A stretch of 59,230 nucleotides of DNA, from assembly GCF_030696055.1 (NCBI RefSeq), contig NZ_JAUYNP010000046.1, forward strand, positions 1 to 59,230, written 5' to 3'. Positions 56,217 through 59,230 of the stretch are shown here, piece after piece. The stretch is from Pseudomonas sp. GTDB lineage: Bacteria; Pseudomonadota; Gammaproteobacteria; Pseudomonadales; Pseudomonadaceae. How positions within the stretch are numbered: the stretch's first letter is position 1; the number at the start of each line of letters is the position of its first letter. The notes under the pieces were generated by a model. The model worked only from the letters and a program-made list of their open reading frames with translations. It made no database searches and was not told where the DNA came from. A program made the position numbers and the translations under genes.

Positions 56217-56234
56217 TTATGGTCGAAATATAAA
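56217..56234. promoter_or_regulatory. Operator-like motif in the divergent thiolase/MFS promoter
   Basis: ATTATGGTCGAAATATAA, 16/18 identical to 53411-53428. Confidence 0.6.
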
Positions 56235-56279
56235 TGGTTGGCGAGTCCTGCGCCGATCACTGAAGACAGGAGCCACCTT

Positions 56280-57500
56280 ATGCCCACCTCTCAATCAGCG
56301 TCCCGTACCCTGTTGCTGATCCTGGTCACCCTCACCGCGCTGGGGGAAATCTCTACCCAGTTGATTATCCCCAGCCTGGGCACCATCGAACTGGTGCTGT
56401 CGGCCCGAGCGGGTAGTAGTTTGTTGGCGCTGTCGGCCTTCGTCGCCGCGTTCGGCCTCGGCCAACTGCTTCTGGGGCCGCTGTCCGACCGCATCGGCCG
56501 CCGTCCGGTGCTGATCGCCGGCTTGCTGGTCTACCTGCTGGCCACGCTGTGGATGCTCGCGGCCAGCAGCATGGGCGAATTTATCGCCGCCCGCGTGCTG
56601 CAAGGTCTGGGTGCCTGCGCCGCCCTGGTGCTGGCGCGCGCCATAGTGCGCGACGTGTGGCAGGCACAAGCGGGGCCGGCGCTGGCCTTGACGGTGATCG
56701 GCATGCTCTGCGCGATCGCCTTGTCGCCGATGATAGGGGGCGTGCTGATGCTATATGGCGGCTGGCGGGCGCCGATTCTGCTGGCTTTATTGATCGGTCT
56801 CGGCGCCGTGCTGGCGGTGCTGGGCCTGTACCGTGAAAGCAACCGGCAACTCGATCCCCAGGCCGGGCAGCTGAAGACCTTGGCCAACAACTATGCCGAT
56901 CTGCTCAAGGCCCGCTCATTCCGCGCCTTCGCCCTGACCCTGGCCTGCACCTACGGCGCCATGTTCGCGGTGATCGCCGGTTCTTCCGCGGTGTATATCG
57001 GCTTGCTCGGGCTGAGTTCGGCGCAATACGGCATCACCTTCGGCTCCATAGTCTCCGGGCTGATCGCCGGCGCCTGGTTTACCCAACGGCGGATCATGCG
57101 CCTGGGCGCGGAGAAGATAGTCGGCATCGGGGTTGGCCTGGTCGCCACGGGCGCGCTTCTCACCGTGCTGGTGTATCAGTACGTTGGCTTGTCCGTGCTC
57201 GGCCTGTCCTTGCCCCAGGTGCTGGTGACCCTGGGCGGCGGCATGCTGCTACCGGCCGCGGTGGCGGGTGCGGTGCTACCCAATGCCCAGCGCGCCGGGT
57301 TGGCGGCGGGGTTTATGGGCTTTGCGCAGATGGCCGGGGCAACCTGCAGCGGGCTGTTGCTGAGCCTGCTGCAGGATGGCACGGCCTGGCCTATGGTCAT
57401 TCTCCATGGGCTGTTTGCCGGCGCGGCGTTCGCCGCCTTTCACCTGCTGCGCCAGCGGCCGCTGGCGAGCCCGGCCTTGGCCAGCCCCAAGCTTCCATAA
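56280..57500 (+). CDS. Bcr/CflA-family MFS efflux transporter
   Basis: GPLSDRIGRRPVL, RVLQGLG, RAIVRD. Confidence 0.88.
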   Translation: MPTSQSASRTLLLILVTLTALGEISTQLIIPSLGTIELVLSARAGSSLLALSAFVAAFGLGQLLLGPLSDRIGRRPVLIAGLLVYLLATLWMLAASSMGEFIAARVLQGLGACAALVLARAIVRDVWQAQAGPALALTVIGMLCAIALSPMIGGVLMLYGGWRAPILLALLIGLGAVLAVLGLYRESNRQLDPQAGQLKTLANNYADLLKARSFRAFALTLACTYGAMFAVIAGSSAVYIGLLGLSSAQYGITFGSIVSGLIAGAWFTQRRIMRLGAEKIVGIGVGLVATGALLTVLVYQYVGLSVLGLSLPQVLVTLGGGMLLPAAVAGAVLPNAQRAGLAAGFMGFAQMAGATCSGLLLSLLQDGTAWPMVILHGLFAGAAFAAFHLLRQRPLASPALASPKLP

Positions 57501-57518
57501 ACCTGCAGGAGTGTTTTG

Positions 57519-58919
57519 ATGAGCAGCTATGACGTGGTGATAGTCGGCGGTGGCCCGGGCGGCTACAACGCCGCCATTCGCGCCGGACAATTGGGGTTGA
57601 AGGTGGCCTGCATCGAGGGTCGCGACACCCTCGGCGGCACCTGCCTGAATGTCGGTTGCATGCCGTCGAAGGCGCTGTTGCACGCCTCGGAACTGTACGA
57701 GGCGGCGCTGGGTGGCGAGTTGCGCAACCTGGGCATCGAAGTCGAACCTAAGCTCAACCTGACGCAGATGATGAAGCAGAAGGATGAGAGCGTGGCGGCC
57801 CTGACCAAGGGTATCGAGTTTCTGTTTCGCAAGAACAAGGTCGAGTGGATCAAGGGCTGGGGCCGCCTGAACGGTCCGGGCAAGGTAACGGTAAGCCTGT
57901 CCGATGGCAGCCAGCGCGAACTGCAGGCCAAGGACATCGTCATAGCCACAGGTTCCGAACCCACGCCGCTGCCGGGAGTGCATATCGACAACCAGCGCAT
58001 CCTCGATTCCACCGGCGCGTTGGCGCTGCCCGAGGTGCCCAAGCACTTGGTGGTGATAGGCGCCGGGGTGATAGGCCTGGAGCTGGGCTCGGTGTGGCGG
58101 CGTTTGGGCAGCCAGGTGACGGTGGTGGAGTACCTCGAGCGCATCTGTCCGGGACTCGACGATGAAACCGCCAAGACCTTGCAGCGCACTCTCAGCAAAC
58201 AGGGCATGAGCTTTAAGCTCGGCACCAAGGTGACTGCCGCCACGAGCGGCGCCAAGGGCGTAACCCTCAGCCTGGAGCCTGCAGCCGGTGGCGAGGCCGA
58301 GCAGCTGCAGGTCGATTACGTGCTGGTCGCCATAGGTCGGCGCCCCTATACCGCAAACCTGGGGCTGGAAACCGTGGGGCTCGCCACGGACAAGCGCGGC
58401 ATGCTGGACAACCAGCAGCACCGCAGCAGCGTGCCCGGCATCTGGGTGATCGGTGATCTGACCTCTGGACCCATGCTGGCGCACAAGGCCGAAGACGAGG
58501 CCATCGCCTGTATCGAGCGCATCGCCGGGCACGCCGCCGAGGTCAATTACGGGGCCATTCCCGCGGTCATCTACACCAAGCCGGAAGTCGCCACGGTTGG
58601 CCAGACCGAGGAGCAGCTAAAGGCCATGGGGCGGGCCTACAAGGTTGGCAAGTTTCCCTTTAGCGCCAATAGCCGGGCGAAGATCAATCACGAGACCGAA
58701 GGCTTCGTCAAAGTGCTGGCCGATGCGCACAGCGACCAGATTCTCGGCGTGCATATCATAGGCCCCAGCGCCGGCGAGCTGATCGGCGAATACTGCGTGG
58801 CCCTGGAGTTCAGTGCCTCGGCCGAGGACATAGCGCTGATCTGCCATCCGCACCCGACCCGTTCGGAAGCCCTGCGCCAGGCGGCGATGAATCTGCATGG
58901 TTGGGCCATGCAAGCCTAA
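57519..58919 (+). CDS. lpd: Dihydrolipoamide dehydrogenase (stand-alone paralog)
   Basis: GGGPGGY, GGTCLNVGCMPSK, GAGVIG, HPHPTRSE. Confidence 0.93.
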   Translation: MSSYDVVIVGGGPGGYNAAIRAGQLGLKVACIEGRDTLGGTCLNVGCMPSKALLHASELYEAALGGELRNLGIEVEPKLNLTQMMKQKDESVAALTKGIEFLFRKNKVEWIKGWGRLNGPGKVTVSLSDGSQRELQAKDIVIATGSEPTPLPGVHIDNQRILDSTGALALPEVPKHLVVIGAGVIGLELGSVWRRLGSQVTVVEYLERICPGLDDETAKTLQRTLSKQGMSFKLGTKVTAATSGAKGVTLSLEPAAGGEAEQLQVDYVLVAIGRRPYTANLGLETVGLATDKRGMLDNQQHRSSVPGIWVIGDLTSGPMLAHKAEDEAIACIERIAGHAAEVNYGAIPAVIYTKPEVATVGQTEEQLKAMGRAYKVGKFPFSANSRAKINHETEGFVKVLADAHSDQILGVHIIGPSAGELIGEYCVALEFSASAEDIALICHPHPTRSEALRQAAMNLHGWAMQA

Positions 58920-59230
58920 GGTGCTGGCGCGGCTTGGTTGCCAGCGCCGAAGCGCTCTAGCTGCATTTCCTGCAACCGGCTAAGGGTGCGGCGAAAGGCA
59001 AAGCTTAGGTAACCCTCGCAGTAGAGTTCAGCGAGGGGCACCTGGGCTTCAATATAGAGCGGCACCCGACGGTCGTAGCACTCATCCACCAGGGCGATAA
59101 AGCGCCGCACGCTGTCGTCCTTGATCGACAACGCCGGCAGCTGGCGGTCGCCGGCCTGCATCCGCTCCACGCCATCTTCGGTGCCGCGGGCGATTTTCGC
59201 CTCACGTTGCGGGCTGCTCAGGTTCGACAC
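58916..59230 (-). CDS. zapE: C-terminal part of a ZapE/AFG1-family ATPase (gene continues beyond the window)
   Basis: RRFIALVDECYD and FAFRRTLSRLQEMQ motifs. Confidence 0.85.
   Translation of the reverse strand: MSNLSSPQREAKIARGTEDGVERMQAGDRQLPALSIKDDSVRRFIALVDECYDRRVPLYIEAQVPLAELYCEGYLSFAFRRTLSRLQEMQLERFGAGNQAAPAP

Overview
GC-rich chromosomal segment whose gene content and REP families point to Pseudomonas. No CRISPR array, prophage, integrase or transposase is visible. Positions ~160-15000 hold an accessory amine/polyamine-type catabolic cluster: a PotBCA-like ABC importer, a divergent GT1 glycosyltransferase, two DUF861 cupins, an AmgK-like anomeric sugar kinase, two aldehyde dehydrogenases, a LuxR-type regulator with a lipoprotein amidohydrolase, a stand-alone GlmU uridylyltransferase domain and a Tat-type flavin amine oxidase. 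This is my best candidate for an undescribed system, inferred to be a GlcNAc-1-P/UDP-GlcNAc recycling loop feeding a glycosyltransferase inside an amine pathway. The rest is mostly ordinary: kup, an Xre-RES toxin-antitoxin pair, rmuC, an EphD-like cluster, crbS, azlCD, an MFS-acyltransferase, an SSS symporter, gdx with a guanidine-II riboswitch, rdgC, tRNA-Val/tRNA-Asp, an FKBP PPIase, an EAL-GGDEF gene, prc, ahpCF with an OxyR box, a TetR/thiolase/MFS/lpd cluster and a partial zapE. Notable non-coding signals are two matching IHF/Fis/three-DnaA-box loci (DARS-like), a KdpE-like box upstream of kup, a composite nested MITE and several REP/REPIN clusters. All calls come from reading motifs by eye; no searches were run. 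Several start codons were moved downstream of the ORF-track starts.
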